Positions 32,765 to 46,341 of a stretch of DNA of 64,000 nucleotides are shown here, in pieces. The translations under genes and the position numbers were made by a program. Source of the stretch: Neocallimastix sp. 'constans' (taxonomy: Eukaryota); NCBI GenBank assembly GCA_050613775.1, contig JBODTK010000013.1, forward strand, positions 620,001 through 684,000, in the 5' to 3' direction. Position 1 is the stretch's first letter. The number at the start of each line of letters is the position of its first letter. Under the pieces are notes generated by a model, which saw nothing but the letters and a program-made list of their open reading frames with translations, did not search any database and was not told the origin of the DNA.

Positions 32765-35700
32765 ATGCTTCCAATACCACCAAGAGAAAATTTAAGTTTA
32801 AAATGTTCTGATACATTATTATATAAAGACCACAGATATATTGTAACATATACTTAATATAATATTATTTTATTATTACAATATAATTTTTTTATTGAGA
32901 TATACACAATGTCTATCGTTTTTATTTATATTATTATATATGTACAATAAACAATCACGATAATGTTTTATATGATATTGATATATTTTATTATAATTTA
33001 TTTATATATTTATTATTTTTTTATTAAAAAAAAATTTAAGGCCTATGGTAGTTTAAATAATGTTTTTATATATGACTCAAATTTTAACTTTATACAAAAA
33101 TTAACAGTTGATGGAAGCCATGAAAACGCTAATACCTTAGCATTCAATGAAAATGGAAAAGTATGTTTTTAAGCTTGAAATTATTTAATATGGCCACAAA
33201 CTATTTTTCAAATAAATATTGACTATTTATTTGAAAAAAAAAAAATAGAATATTAAACAAATTAATTAATTTACTATTTTTTTTTTTTTAATATATATAT
33301 TTAAAAAAATAAAATAAAATATATATGCAAATAGTTGGCTGTAGGCTATGAAACATCAATTATTATTTATATACCAAATGAAGAAGGACCAAAAGTAAAT
33401 ATAAAAATAAATAAATATTTTATTAATATAAATCTAGTTATTTTTATTATTAGAATAAAGAAATTAATTTATTTTTATCTATATTCAATTTTTATATTAC
33501 CATAATATTATATCATGATAAAGAATATACAATGGAATGTTCAAGAAATTATTCCATATACTAATCCAAGATGTGTTGATTGGAATACCAATAATAATGA
33601 AGGTTTTATATCATTAAAATTTATTTATTTACTTATTACCATTGTTATTATTATCATTTTTTTTTTAAAAAAAAGTTTTATATTATAACTTATTTTATTT
33701 TTTTTTAAAATATATATATATTTTTAATATTAATATAATTTTCCAAAATTTTTTTAATTTTTTTTTCCTAATAATATATATAAATAATTTTAATACACAT
33801 ATATATAATATATGTATATATTAAATATCATTAGAAATGTTGTTAGCTGGTAGTAAAAAGTTATCTCTTTGGAAAAACAAAGCTTATGTACCTCCAAAAA
33901 CCGAATCAACTAAAGAAGTTTCTAATGAATCTGAAACTAATGAATTAGAAACCTCTTCTCTAACAACTGCTTCAGTGACTTTACCTGAAAATATTAAAAA
34001 TAATGAAAAAATATATGAATTAATATGGGAAGAAGAGTTAGTATTATTAAATTAAAATAAAATTAAATAAAATTAAAATAAAATAATAATAATAAAAAAT
34101 ATTTATAAATAATATTAAAAATGATATTAATATATTATTAAAAATAATTGCATATGTATGATATTATAAATGGTATTAAATTAATCATAATAATTAATTA
34201 TAATAATTTTAATAATTTAAAGATCTGCAAGTGAAGTTACTCTTGTTTCTTTCTCACCGGATGGAAATATCTTTGCTACCTTAACTGAAGTACTTTTTTT
34301 TTTTTTCTTTTTTTTTAATTAATTCTGTTAAATATTAAATTAGATATAAATAAGTTATTAATTTTTTTTTTTATTAAATATAATTAATATTATTAGTATG
34401 ATTGTTTAGTTAAGATTTGGTTTAGTAGAACTGTTGTGGATAGTGACTGTAAGTATAATTTCACTAAATAGATATATATTTATTTTATTTTTTAAAATAA
34501 AATAATTTATGTCTATTATTTTTAATTATTAATGAATTGAATTATTACTAAATTAATTTAATTATATATATATTAATTTTTTATTTTTATTTTTTATTTT
34601 TATTTTATATAAAAAAGATTCATCTATTAGTTCTGGAGAAAAGAGTAATAAGAGTAACACTTACAAATTTGATTTCCTATATCTTTCTCATCCAAGATCT
34701 GTTATTAGTTTTGATTGGAGAAAGACTGTTGAAAAAAATAGGTATAAACTGAATTATATATATATATATATTTTATTCATAATTTTTAATAATAATAAAA
34801 GAACAAAAAAATAATCATAAAAATATTTTTATATTAATAATATTTTATATTAATTTTTTAATTATTATTTTATATTCTATATATTAAATATTATATTAAA
34901 TATTAAATATTAAATATTAAATATTATATATTATTTTTTTTTTTTATATACTGTATTTTATTTATATTTAAACTTCCCTTTTTTCCTGTTTTTAATTTAA
35001 AATTCATAAAAATAGTAAAAAGATGAATAATATTTTATTAACTACTTGTCGTGATAATGTTTGTCGTCTTTGGGCTCAATGCAATGACGAGAATAATAAT
35101 TGCAAGTTTTATATGTGTAAAATGATAGAACCTTTCTGTTTACCTCCATCAATAAATAATACCCCTGTTAATGAACCACAAGTTTCTTATGTTCATTGGA
35201 TTGATAGTCGTGAAATTAATAGAGCTATCAATTCCAAAAGTATAATAGAAAATAATAAGTTCCAAAAGAAATGGCTTCATAAACTTCAAGATGGCAATAG
35301 TGATGTTGATGAAGATAATAAAAATCAAAAGGAATTAAAAGATATTTTAAAAGATAATCAAGATTTATTATTCAATGTTTCTCCTGATGGTACCGTTGTT
35401 ATTTGGGGTATTCAAGTAAGTTTTTTTTTTTTATGGTTTTGTGGTTTTTTATCAATGAATATATATATAAATAGAAAAAAAAATAATATAAATACTCTTT
35501 ATTTATTTATATATTATTATTATATTTTTACACATATTTACTAATATATATATATCATTAATATATTAAAATATTATTAATTTTTGTATGAATGATGTAT
35601 CATAATAATTAATAATTAAATAATTAGAATCTTAATGCCTATCCATTAAGTATTCCTCATTTAGTAGTTTTAATTAAGATTCCAAAAGCTTTTTCAACCC

Positions 35701-38700
35701 TTGATTATAATTTCTTTAAAAATCCAGTATTAATCTATAGTGATCCAGCTTCACAAGAATTAAATGGTAATAATTATATATCAAAATAATTTTTATTTTA
35801 TTTTATTTTATTTTTTGAATAATTCTTAAATGAAATTATTTGAACAAATAAAAAAAAAAATAATTAATTTATTATTTTATTACATTAATATTATATTAAT
35901 ATTATATCAATGTTATCTTCATACTGATATGTGTATATATATATTTTTTTTTCATTTTTATTTTTATTTTTATTTATATTTTATTTTTATTTTATTTAGC
36001 TTTATGTTCATCTCCAGAATTAATGATAGTAGCACATAATAATAGAGGTATTATGAATTGCTATGAAATGGATTTATATAATGTATTTTTAAGTACACAC
36101 GAAACTCATTTCAGAATGATTTATTCTTGGGCAGCTCATCAAAATTCTATTAATAGTTTGATTTGCCATCCAAATCTTCCATATATTGCTACTTCAGATG
36201 GAAAGAGTGAAATTATGATATGGTATAATAATGGAATTCAAACTAAAATGAATTTAGATTGGGTTACAAGTATTAATATCAGTGAATCTGGTGCATTATT
36301 TGAATGGTTTACCGAAGGTCCATATATTTATGTTTATCAAGATAATAAAATAGATATTTATATTATTACTGAAAAAGCAATTCAAAGTGTTTTGACTTAT
36401 GAAGTCAATGATTTCCCATTAATTTATATGAATACTTTTTCTAAGAAAAAATCATCATATTTATATGCTTTAAGTTCAAAATCCAATACCTTATATATTT
36501 GGAAGGTACAATTGAAGGAAAACAACTATAAAATTGATTTAATTTATAAATCCTGTATTGAATTAGATGATTATGGTAGAATTCTTAAGTTGGTTTCATT
36601 AAGTGATTTCTCTACTGCGTTCACTTATACTAACATTCCAATTGGTCTTTTTGGTACATACACTGAAGATAAATGTTTAAGATATTGGCATATTGGTGAT
36701 GAAAAAACTCTCTTCAATTCCGATAAAGTGATCACCGAAAATCTATTAGTTAAATCTGTTGAAAAGAAACTTAATGATCCAGTGGTACTGGCAAAGAATT
36801 CAAAATTAAATACCTTAGCTATAGTTACGGAAGTTGATGGTACTCATAAGTTAGATATCTTTATTAATGATATTTATAATTTAGTCATTAAGCGACAATA
36901 TTCCGTAATATTAAATTCCAAAGTCTATGATATGGATTGGTATTTTACTAGTGAAGGTCAACAATTTTTAGCTCTTGCCTTTGAAAAGGAAATCCATATT
37001 TTATGTAGAACAAGAAAGAGTGAAGATAATCCAAACTATGTTAAATGGGAAGTTTTTAGTAAGATAGCCTATCCAGTAGAAAATTATGAAGAAGGTAGTG
37101 AAAAGTTAATTAAATGGCTTGAAAATGGAACACTTGTTTATGCAAACAAAGCCGTCGTCTATTCTATTGATAAATGGGTTATTCCACAAAACGAAGAAGT
37201 TATTCAAAAACCAAGAACCAACATATTATTAACGGCTAACTATAAAACTCATAGACTTCCATTATATCACCCACAACATTTAATTAATTATATTTTATGG
37301 GGTCGTTACAATGTTGCTAAGGATGGTTTAAATATTCTTTATCACTATATTGATTTGATGAAGAAGGCCAATAGAGAAATCATCGATATTCCATCACCCT
37401 TATGGTCATTATTCGAAGAAGAAAATGAAAATGTTGTTAGCTCCAGTAAAAAGTACAACTTTTTATTCCGTACTTCTATTGAGGAGGAAAATACCGAGGA
37501 TGAAAATACGTTCACAAATGAAAAAGCCAGGTTATTAACTGAATACCTCTATCAAATTAAGTTACCTTACATCAACAAGCATGAACAAAAGAATCTTGTT
37601 GGTATTGTGAATATTTTGTTATGGGCCACGGAACAAAAAATGCAACTTGATGAAAATGGTATGAGATATTTAATTGCTATGAAGCTTTTCATTTATTCCA
37701 GAAGATTTATTTCTCCTAATGCTCAATTGAATTTTAGAGATATTACTTGGGCCTTCTACAGTGAATCTCAAGATCTCTTGATTAATTTCTGTAAGGCCTC
37801 TTGTGGTGATAATAATAAATTCTTATGGAAAGATGCCAGAGCCTTAGGTTTAAGTTTATGGATTAGAAATAATAATACCTTACGTCATCAAATTGAACTT
37901 ATTGCCAGAAATCAATACATGAATAATGGTGAAAATAATCCATATAATTGTTTTATCTTCTATATGGCTATGAGAAAATTAAAGGTCATCATTGGTCTCT
38001 GGAAGAATGCTGTATGGCATCCAGAACGTGCAAAGATGCTTGCCTTCTTTGATCATGATTTTTCCGAGCCAAGATGGCAAAAGGCTGCATTAAAGAATGC
38101 TTTTGCCTTATTAAGTAAGAGAAGATTTGAACATGCCGTTGGTTTCTTCTTATTAGGGGATAGATTATTTGATGCCGTAAATGTTTGCATAAAACAATTA
38201 AAAGATATTCAATTGGCCATCACCATTTGTAGGTTATATGAAGGGGATGAAAGTCCAGTCTTAAAGGATTTATACATTAACTATTTATTACCAAAAGCTA
38301 TTGATAATAATGATCGTTGGTTAGCTAATCATGTATTCTCCTTCTTAAATGATTCCGAAAATACTCTACAATCCATTTTTATTTCATTAGAAAAATTCAG
38401 AAGTAAAGTGACCTCTAATGCCTATGCTGATTTAGATGGTTTTGAGTATTATCAAGAAACGAAACCGGAAGATCCTGTTTTATTAATTTTATACCAAAAT
38501 TTAAAGGATAATTATAAGAGTCTTCGTAGACCAATCCCGGTGAAACCATCCCAAGAAAAGAAACTTATTTTCAGAGCTATTAATAATTATGAAATTATGG
38601 GTTGTCCAATGCTTTCCTTGGATCTTATTAATAAATATTCCGATACTTTATTGAAGACGGAGGAAGAAGATGAGAAACAATATCGTCCAAGAGAAATTTC

Positions 38701-41605
38701 AAAATCATTTAGTTTCTTGTCGGGTCCAACGTCTATTTCAAGAAATAATGTGAATATGAATTCCTTAAATTCTGGTTTATTAGATTGGGGATCTTTTGGA
38801 ATTGGAGGCAGCAACAACAGCGGCAGCAACACTATTGCTAATAGTAATAGTAATAGTACTTCTACTACAAAGGCTAATTCATCACAAAATAATTATGATT
38901 GGCTTTACTCTAGAACGGAAACTACCACTAAATTGGATTGGAGTGAATATGAAAGAGAAAGAAAGAATACGATTGCCTCTATTGATGAAGGTAACGATAA
39001 GGGGGATAATAATAATGAAATTGGAAATGTGTCAAAATCCAAGAGTAATTCCAATTCTTCATTAAATAATAAAAATGTTTATATTGATCATAGTATTACA
39101 TTACTAAAATGGTATCTTGGTTTAAGAGCTATCTGGGATGGTTGTAGTTCCATTGCCAATGTTTTAGAAAATGAATATGTTCTTGTGGAAAGACAAATAT
39201 TTAGACAATTTATTAAAAAGATGCATAATGGATTAAAAAAATTATCTAAATTAATTAATATGCCAGTAGAAATTATTAATTGTGTTTTAATATGGGGTTG
39301 TAATCAAGATCATTCCACCTTAGCCTTTATCGATATCTTCCCAATTAATGGTAAAGCTGTTGATTTTGGTGATATTGTGGATGGTATCTTTTATGAAAAA
39401 AGTAATACCTTAAGTCGATTATTATTTAGATTATCCGATGGTAATGACGACTTCCCTGGTTCTGAAATGAACTATCATTACATTAGTAAGGTTGCTAAAC
39501 GTTTCTTAATTACTTTAGATCATTGGATTAAACAGCTACATAAATCAAATATTAAGGAATTTTCATCTAGGATGATTAATTTTGCTCATGCCACCTATCT
39601 TTCCTTATTATTAACGACAATTCATTTAAAGGATTGGAAAAGATTATTATTATTGGTGTATAATCTTAAGGGTTTCTTAACCGGTCTTCAAACGAGTGAT
39701 CATCGTGCCCTTCATACCATTTTTAAGGATATTATTAATGGAGTTGAGGTTCAAATTAATCCTCCAAATGGAGAGGAAGAATTAGATGATGATCCTTTAT
39801 TAGAAGATGAAATTGAAGGTGAAGGTGAAGGTGAAGGTAAAGGTGAAAGTGAAGCAAAAGAAAAAGAAAAAGGAGAAGGAAAAGGAGATGAAGGAAAAGG
39901 AGATGAAGGAAAAGAAGTAAAGGAGGTAAACAAAGAGGATATTAAAAGAAATAAAGAAAATACTATTAAGGAAAGAAGAGAAAAAACTGAAAATTTATTA
40001 GAATTAATTACCTACTATTATCTTATTTCATCCTGTGAAAAATATTTATTAGATATAGAAAATATAAGTTCTGATGAATTAAGTAATTATTTCTATGAAT
40101 ATTTATTGAAACCACTTTCTCATATGACTTATACCTATGAAACCGAAGTGAAGAGTAAACTTGAAGATTGTTATACCTTTAAGGATAACTTAAAGTCTTA
40201 CATGACCGATAAGTATGAAAAGAAATATTGGGATTTATTGAGAAGTGTAACGGAAACTGATTTAATCATTGAAAAATTATCACCTAGTAGTACTGTTGAA
40301 GAAAGAGAAGTTAATGTTGTTGATACCAATAAAACTCATGAATTAATATTTAAATTAACAGAACCTATACTATCCTTCAGTATTAATCCAATTGATAATA
40401 AATATATTGCAGTGGCTACCGCCAAGGCAATCTATGAACTTGATATTGAAAATGCTTTAATATATTATGAACAAAAGGCTAATGGTAATAATGGAATCAT
40501 TGGTGGTGGAACGATAAAGAGTTTTGATGTATTAAGTAATATTACAATGGATGGTGGTAAGAGAACATCCCAACTTTATGATGAAAATGCTAGTCAACTT
40601 CATACTTCAGAGAGTCAATACTCCTTAACGAGTGTACCAAGTTCTCCAAAATCATCCATATCCTTGGGTAGAAATCTTAGTTATGATTCTATTCAAAGAG
40701 CGTTCAGACGTTCCATTTCAGGAAGTCGTAGAAGTACTACGCTACGAAATGATCTTGATGATATTGTCATATTTAAGAGACAAGCCCTTCATGTCACCTG
40801 CCTTTCCGCTCATCCTACAAATAATTATTATATTGCTGCCATTAATGATACGCAGTACTCTAAATCTTCTATTGTTTTATTCCAATTTGGTCATCAGGAA
40901 CAAATAATGATTTATCCAACGAATGATACCTCAAAAATACTAAAATGTAGTTTTGATTCTTATGGTCAAAAATTCGGTGCTTGCACTAGTAATGGTGATC
41001 TTTATATATGGAACTTTGATAATGCTCAATCTTCCTCAGAACCCTGTCAAATTATAACGAATAATCATAGTCCAATTAATGATTTTAAATTCTTATCCTC
41101 TAGTAGTCTGGTAGCTCTCGCCTTATCCTCCTCCAATAAAGATAATGTTTGTCTCTTTGATACCTTATTACCACAATCTACTTCTAGAGTTAAGACCTTC
41201 TCTTTGACGGAAGAAAATGCCCTCGCTTTAGCCTATTCAGGACAATATAAACTTTTAATAGTTGGTAGTAAACGTGGTGATATCTATATCTATGATATTA
41301 AGGAAATGAATTGTGTAAATACTTTCAAGGCTCATGCTTTACCAATTAAATCATTAGCGGTAGATGAAATTCATGATTATCTTATCTCTAGTTCCATTGA
41401 AGGAGAAATAAAGATATGGTCATTGAAGGAGGACTTTACTCAAGTAAGTGCCTGGCCAAAGGTACATGTTAAGAAATCAACGAAGGGTCATTCCGAAAAA
41501 TCAGGAAAAATGGGTACTATGGGTGTCAATGAATTACTTGCAAAGGATGATTATGTTTATTCCTGTGGTTCAGATGGTACTTTAAAACGTACTCATTGGA
41601 AATAG
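32765..41605 (+). CDS. RAV1: RAVE complex subunit Rav1 / DmX-like (Rabconnectin-3 alpha) WD40 protein; about 11 exons, last exon 36000-41605
   Basis: N-terminal WD40 exons (FSPDGNIFAT, DCLVKIW, FLYLSHPRSVISFDWRK, NILLTTCRDNVCRLW). Rav1_C motifs LPLYHPQHL, LDENGMRY, ITWAFYSESQ, WKDARALGLSLW and WQKAALKNAFALLSKRRFEHAVGFFLLG. C-terminal WD40 repeats. Confidence 0.93.
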
Positions 41606-41807
41606 AAGGGAAATCACAAAATATAAATAAAAATAAAAATAAAAATAAAAATAAAAATAAAAATAAAAATAAAATAAATAAAAATAAGTAAAAATAAGTG
41701 AAAAGTGAAAATAAAAAATAAGTTAAAATAAAGACTAATAATAATAATAGTAATAATAATAACAATAAAGAGTAAAATTAAAAATTTTTAAGTATATAAA
41801 AGAAAAA

Positions 41808-41843
<36 letters not shown>

Positions 41844-42107
41844 AAATTAAATAAATTAAAATAATACAAAAATTTAATAATACCAAAAAATAAGCCAACA
41901 AACAAACTAAAAACTAAAATTTTTTTTTTAAAAAAAAAAAAAATCAAAACAAATTAATAATAATAATAATATTAATATTTATAATAGATCAATAAATATT
42001 TTGTAAAAAAAAAAAAAAAAATAAAAATAAATAATTAAATAAATAAAAATTTTTATTTATAATATATCACAAAAGTTATTAATATGGTGAAATTAATTTA
42101 ATTAAAT

Positions 42108-42152
<45 letters not shown>

Positions 42153-42585
42153 GATATAAAATATAATAGGCTATATATATAATATATATAAAAGAATAAA
42201 AAAATAAAAAAAAAAAAAAATTAATAATAAGAAAAATAATAGGATAAAAAAAATTTTTTATTTTTTCTTTTATACATATATATTATATTTTTTATATTTT
42301 ATATTTTATATTTTATATTTTATATTTTTATTTTTATTTTATTTTATTTTATATATATATTTTTTATTATTTTATTTTATTTTACTTTATTTTTATTTCA
42401 ATTTTATTTTACAGATATCATATAATAGTTTTTTTTTTATTACTTATATTTATCATTATTAATATTAAATTATATTATTAAAATTTATAAAAACTAAAAA
42501 AAAAAATTCAATAAATATTTAATAAATTTAATATATAAAAAGAAATGTAAAATGATTAAATTTTTTTTTTTTTTTTTTTTTTTTT

Positions 42586-43290
42586 AGACTTGGAAGAGAA
42601 TATACTTCTATTACATTATTTATTATTAATTATTAAAAATAATATCAATTTTTTTTTTTATTTTTATTTTTTTTTTTATTTTTATTTTTTTTTTTATTTT
42701 TTTTTTTTTTTTTATTTCAAATATATACCGCCTTTATTTTCAAGCCCTCCCTCTCAAGGGCATGGGAATATTAAGGTAGTCATAACACTTCTCTATGCTT
42801 TCGCATTGGTGGATATTGGTGGATATTGTCCCTGTTGGACGGCTTTACTGAGTGTTTAGTAATGGCGCTCTGACATGCAGTATTTTATTATGATTGAGAA
42901 TTTTTTAGTTACGCCTTTTTCTCGAGAGTGCTTCTCCAAGTTCCTAATTTCCCTTTTTTTTTTGAAGCGAGGCCGGTATAACCTAATCCAATGAGATACG
43001 TACGAACTCCCTTGTGGCCATTGCATATATATAAGTCTTTAGTAGAATATAACTATATTACTTTAGTCGAATATATCCATATGGACATATGGATACATAA
43101 TACGATAGATATGTACTCGAATGCTAATTCCCCTTGTAAATATATTAAATAATAGTACTTACGAAACATTCTTAGGGCCCCACAATTAGGACAGTATTTC
43201 TTTTTTTTTTTTTTTTTTTTTTTTTTAAGGCTTGGAGGAGAATAGACTTCTATTGCTTGATTTATTCATTATTAAAAACTATTAATAATT
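42586..43290 (-). mobile_element. Decayed TE-like coding relic with a CxxC motif and a duplicated 27-bp segment
   Basis: GC-enriched island at 42720-43200. The minus strand reads INQAIEVYSPPSL(K)nYCPNCGAL. The segment AGACTTGGAAGAGAATATACTTCTATT (42586) recurs as AGGCTTGGAGGAGAATAGACTTCTATT (43228), each next to a 25-26 nt poly-T run. The family is not determined. Confidence 0.4.
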
Positions 43291-44249
43291 GTATACATTT
43301 AAGTATAAAAATTACCTTTTAAATATATATTAAGATAAAAAAAAAAATAAAAAATATTAAAAATAAAATTTAATAAAAAAAATAATACTATATAATGTAA
43401 ATACAATGGAAATAATAGAGAAAATTTTTTTTAAAAAAAAAAAAAAAGTTAAGTTATTATGGTATTAAGATATGAATAGAAATCATTTTCTACCAAAAAA
43501 AAAAAAGTATTTAATAAAATAAAACTAAAAAAAAAAAAAAAAGTACCATCTGTAAAGTAGATAGTGTGGTGGTGATCACTAAACTTCTTCCTCAAACCAA
43601 AGTGAAACGTTCTCAGGTGATTCAATTTCCATCGATTCGTTCGGCAAAAAAAAAAAAAAAAAAAAAAAAAGGATCATTACTATTTATGTAAAGATGTATT
43701 AAGGGGATGACTAGTAATAGAGAAATTTTTTTTCCTGCCTATATCGATTCGACATTGACTCTCTTGGTTGTGAAGGGTTTTTTTTTTTTTTTTTTTTTCA
43801 CAATCTAAAATATTTAAAATAGATGAATAGGAAGATGAATAAAAGGTAACTTCCATTTTTTTTATTTTATTTTATTTTACTTCCTAACAAAATAAAAAAA
43901 AAAAAGGTCATTACTGAAATCTAAAATGATTTCAATCTAGCATTTGAAAAAAAAAAAAAAAAAGTAAGTGAAATATTCAAATATCTAATGGATAAAGAAC
44001 TGATCACCTTTTTACCACATCATGAATAACATTTGGAATAAAATTTATCTGTGCTACCTCTACCACTGGAATGTAATTGTAAATAAAGAGAAGGAAACAT
44101 TCATGACCCGAAAAAACTTATCTGTCAAGAGTTTCCTTAAGGCATAATACATACATGGTTTGAAGAATGAATTAAATTATTCCTGAAGAAGTATACATAT
44201 ATGGTTTGAAGAATGAGATCATGAATGAATATTATATAATAATAATAAT

Positions 44250-44297
<48 letters not shown>

Positions 44298-45193
44298 CAA
44301 TATTGTTAAAGTAACGTAAGCTATCAAAGATTCAATAATATTCGGATAAGTTCAAATTAATTGCTTCAAATTAGTGATAGTTGATTAATTAAGTATTTAA
44401 AAATTCATTGAACATAATTAATAAAAGTTGATAAAAATTATTGTCTTGATATGTTAAAATCGCCTTAGAATTTTGTGTAGTAAGGTTTGTAATCTGAAAT
44501 ATATATAACCCAAAAAAAAAAAAAAAGGATAAAAAATAATAAATATTTATATAAATACAATTAAATAAAAATTATATAAAAGATATACAAAAATTAAATT
44601 GGTATTGAGTATAAGTATATAACCATCTTCAATGCTAACTTAAAGTTAACAAATTAATATTTTTGTTTCTTCTATTTGTAAACTTTAATTTATTTTAGTA
44701 AGGTAATAAAATAAAATTAGTTTCAAAAGATAACAAAAATAGAAAAATTTTAAAAATTAAAAAAAAAATTAATAATAAAAAAAAAAAAAAAAAAAAAAAA
44801 AAAAGATTAAAAGGAGAGAAAAAAAGAGAAGATAGTCTAAATGTAGAAAAAAAAAAAAAAAAAAAAAGAAAAAGAATATATATATATATATTAAGAAATG
44901 TAGTAGTGAATTATGATGAAAAAATTTCTATGGTTTATTATTATTATTATTTCTTTTTTTTTTTTTTTTTTATTATTATTTATTTATTTATTTATTTATT
45001 GAGTGATTGATTTATTAATTTATTATAATAATAATTATTATTTTTTATTATTATTATAAATAGTTTATAATTTTTAAAAAAAAATTTTTTTCTTTTATTA
45101 AAACAATATTATTAATTAATTATTTTTATTATTTCTTTATTATATTATATTATATTATATTTTTTTTATTTTATTTTTTTTTTTTTTTTAATC

Positions 45194-46299
45194 TTAAATT
45201 AATGAATCAAAATTTAAATTATTCATATTATTTTTATTATTAGTATTATTAGTGGTGGAAGTGGACATCATAAAATTATTTGATGTGGTGGTGCTAGGGG
45301 TTGCTGGTTTTGAGGTATTATTATTGGAAATAGTTAAGGAATCAAAGGAAACTAAATCACTGAATAAATCATTACTTTTTCCTTTTGATGTTGATGAGGA
45401 GGTTTTGTTGGTAGTGGAGGAACCAAATGTAGTAGTATTTGTTTGCATTGGTTTCATTATTGGTGTAGAATTAGTTTGCATGGGTTGCATTGAAATAGAA
45501 TTAAATAAGCTATTATTATTATTTATAGTAGTAGAATTATTACTGGTATTATTAAAGGTATTATTGGTAGTTGTGGTGGTAGAGGAAGCTGGTGCTGGAC
45601 TTGACATAAATAATGAGAATAAATCATCATTTGCTTTATTTGTATTGGTATTTGTTGTTACTCCGGTAGTAGTAGTAGTATTAGCGTTGGTAACTGGAGC
45701 ACTTTGAAAGGATTGGAAATCAGCAAAATCATCAAAATTATTATTATTTGTGGATGGTTTATCTAATAATAGAAATTATTTAATTTATTGTTGTATATTG
45801 TAGTAATTGTTTATTATTGTATTAAATATTTATTTATTATTATTTGGATAAATTAATAATAAGTAATAAATATTAAAATATAATTTGATAAATTATATTT
45901 AAATATATATATATATATATATATATAAGTAATAGAAGATTAATATTTATATGAATAGTAAAATATTTTAAAATCATTTAAATTAATAAATATATTTATA
46001 TACATATAATAAAATATAGATAATACTTACTATCAAATGATTGGAATTCAGCCCATTCATCATCATTAGTAGAGGCTTTAGTGGTTGTGTTATTATTAGA
46101 AGAGGATGCTGGAGCATCAAAATCGAAATCTAATAAATTAGCTTCTTTAGCAGGAGCAGGTGCAGAGGTGGAAGAAGTTTCATTTTTAGCATTGGTAGAT
46201 GAGGAGGAAGAAGAGGATTTTTGAGCAGCTTTAGCTCTAGCAGCAGCAGCATGAGCTTCTTCTTCATTTTTACTAATTTCTTTGACTTTATATATTGTT

Positions 46300-46341
<42 letters not shown>

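Noticed and set aside
45252..45707. Antisense or alternate-frame ORFs overlapping real exons (also 605-886, 2156-2464, 38587-39065, 39751-39933, 40632-40907, 50960-51193)
   Set aside because: Shadows of low-complexity coding sequence on the other strand or frame, with no independent motifs.
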